Virus record (IMG/VR): IMGVR_UViG_3300045988_045849
DNA length: 42,763 nucleotides
Strand: one strand, 5' to 3'
Source: a virus
A program made the translations under genes and the position numbers. Every line of letters begins with the position of its first letter. Positions within the stretch are counted from its first letter, which is position 1. Below, piece by piece: positions 41,466-42,763 of the stretch. The notes under the pieces are model-generated. The model was not told where the DNA came from. It saw only the letters and a list, made by a program, of their open reading frames with translations, and ran no database searches.

Positions 41466-41987
41466 ATGAAAATATGTATCAACGGCATCATCCGCGACAT
41501 GACGGCGGAAGAAGAAGCACAGTACAACGAAATGGCGGCAAGAGCGGCGGCAGAAGCGAAGCACCGCCCGATAAGCGAAAGCGAAGTAATGTCAATGCTC
41601 ATCAAAGAGCAGATTAACACTTTGTCCGTCGACGACGCTACGGCGGTACGAATGACGGCGTTTTATCCCGAGTGGGAAAAGGACAAGCAGTACACCGTCG
41701 GCTACAAGGCGCAGTATCTCGGCAAGCTCTACAAGGTCATACAGGCGCACACCTCGCAGGAGACGTGGACACCCGATATCACAGCAAGCCTGTACGAAAG
41801 GATTGACGAAGTACACGACGGCACGAAGTATGACGCAATACCGTATGAGGGCAACATGGCTCTCGTGAGCGGCAAGTACTACATCGAGGACAACGTGACG
41901 TACATCTGCAACCGTGATACGGGAAATCCTGTGTACAACAAACTGAGTGAGCTTGTCGGAATTTATGTGGAGGTTGTTAGTAACTAA
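41466..41987 (+). CDS. Protein with CBM5/12-like carbohydrate-binding motif
   Basis: WEKDKQYTVGYKAQYLGKLYKVIQAHTSQETWTPD resembles the aromatic CBM5/12 pattern. Confidence 0.45.
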   Translation: MKICINGIIRDMTAEEEAQYNEMAARAAAEAKHRPISESEVMSMLIKEQINTLSVDDATAVRMTAFYPEWEKDKQYTVGYKAQYLGKLYKVIQAHTSQETWTPDITASLYERIDEVHDGTKYDAIPYEGNMALVSGKYYIEDNVTYICNRDTGNPVYNKLSELVGIYVEVVSN

Positions 41988-42262
41988 TGCAAATTACTAT
42001 TAGCGCGAATACTATAATCACGGCTGCGGCGGTGTTGTCGGCTGTAATTGCAATTGGCGGTGTCATTTTTGCTATATATCGCTGGTATCTCAAGCAAAAC
42101 AAGCAAAACGCGGAAATACAAAAAATGAAAGAAGAAAATACTCTTTTGTGCTTTGGCATTGCTGCGGCTTTAGATGGGCTTATCCAGCTTGGCGCAAACC
42201 ACAACGTTACGATGGCTAAGGAAAAACTTGACAAATACCTCAACCAAAAGGCGCATGACTGA
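41987..42262 (+). CDS. Holin-like single-TM protein
   Basis: TAATG overlap with the upstream gene. N-terminal TM TIITAAAVLSAVIAIGGVIFAIY, then a charged helix. Confidence 0.45.
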   Translation: MQITISANTIITAAAVLSAVIAIGGVIFAIYRWYLKQNKQNAEIQKMKEENTLLCFGIAAALDGLIQLGANHNVTMAKEKLDKYLNQKAHD

Positions 42263-42269
42263 CAAAAAT

Positions 42270-42291
42270 GGAGCTTGACCGCTCCTTTTTT
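42270..42291 (+). terminator. Rho-independent terminator
   Basis: GGAGC (42270-74) pairs with GCTCC (42281-85) around a 6-nt loop, followed by T6. Confidence 0.55.
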
Positions 42292-42425
42292 ACTTTGGTT
42301 GCAAAATGATTTTAAAGTTGCTAACTTTAGTCGCTAAAATCCTTGATTTACTTTTATAAACGTGATATCGTAATTATGTAAAGTATCATCTTAGGGTAGC
42401 ACCCGTAACAGCGAAAGGATGAAAA

Positions 42426-42763
42426 ATGGCAGATTTTGAATCAATTATAAAAACGTATATCGGGCAGGACGGAAATATACCATCAACAGCTATCGCGCAG
42501 CTTACTAAGGCTATCTCAACAGCTGTCGGAAATGAGTTTGTAGATAAAAACCGCTACAAGGCAAAGCTGGACGAAATCGAAACGCTTAAAGCCGACAAGC
42601 AGACCGCCGAGGACAATGCGACAACCGCTGGAAAATGGAAAGCCGATTATGACGCGCTCAAAAAGAGTTATGACGATTACAAAGCCGAAGTCGGCAAGAA
42701 AGAAACTCGCTCGGCGAAAGAAAATGCGTATCGTGAACTGCTAAAGGCGGCTGGCGTAAGCGA
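42426..42763 (+). CDS. Scaffolding protein (phage GP20-like), 5' part; continues at the window start
   Basis: aaaggatg RBS. The ORF has no stop before the contig end. The frame is continuous with 1..347 through the overlap. Confidence 0.7.
   Translation, partial: MADFESIIKTYIGQDGNIPSTAIAQLTKAISTAVGNEFVDKNRYKAKLDEIETLKADKQTAEDNATTAGKWKADYDALKKSYDDYKAEVGKKETRSAKENAYRELLKAAGVS
42709..42763. repeat. Terminal overlap, copy 2 (identical to 1..55)
   Basis: Base-by-base identity with the first 55 nt. Confidence 0.95.

Larger units (their letters stand above)
1..42763. mobile_element. Complete temperate siphovirus-type phage genome, circularly closed contig (unique length 42708 bp)
   Basis: Packaging, head, tail, lysis, integration, immunity, recombination and replication modules are all present. 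The first 55 nt equal the last 55 nt. Confidence 0.9.

Noticed and set aside
1-42763. Known defence or diversity systems (CRISPR-Cas, restriction-modification pairs, retron or DGR reverse transcriptase, CBASS-type, classical toxin-antitoxin pairs, arbitrium AimR/AimP)
   Set aside because: I could not find signature motifs for reverse transcriptases, cyclases, Cas proteins, restriction endonuclease partners or TPR receptors in any frame. Absence is judged by eye only and should be confirmed with DefenseFinder or PADLOC.

Overview
The window is a complete, circularly closed genome of a temperate siphovirus-type phage. Its first 55 nt are identical to its last 55 nt, so the unique length is 42708 bp. 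Gene style looks Gram-positive/Firmicutes-like: AGGAGG-type RBSs, SPP1-like head genes and a lipobox lipoprotein. No database search or RNA-folding tool was run, so every family assignment rests on motifs read by eye. Gene order from the junction on the + strand: scaffold (wraps the junction), capsid, connectors, major tail protein, G/GT chaperones with a clear -1 frameshift site, tape measure, Dit, Tal-like and two more tail proteins. These are followed by an M23 peptidase lysin and two holin-like genes. Next comes an accessory (moron) region at 11.7-17.3 kb, then attP (tRNA 3' fragment, arm-type repeats, hairpin). On the - strand lie the integrase, a lipoprotein plus membrane-anchored XRE operon, and a cI-like repressor. 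A switch region with predicted face-to-face promoters around a palindrome leads into the + strand early operon: antirepressor, RecT, Gp157-like, replisome organizer, a 456-bp purine-rich CGGAA repeat tract, a C5-MTase-like gene, HNH, SSB and a RusA-like gene. After these come a tRNA-like element, a ParB-like gene and a GT-A-like gene, terS, terL, portal and a MuF-like gene. A tail-fibre-like cassette is then inserted into the head module. Main candidates for something undescribed: (1) the eight-gene cargo block at 13790-17284, encoding a papain-like thiol protein, a Gln/Pro-rich protein, a Gly/Cys-rich membrane protein, a C1q/BclA-like protein and helical partners; (2) the phased ACGGAA repeat tract at 26459-26914; (3) the duplicated promoter-operator cassette with convergent switch promoters; (4) the non-canonical tRNA-like element at 33296-33367.
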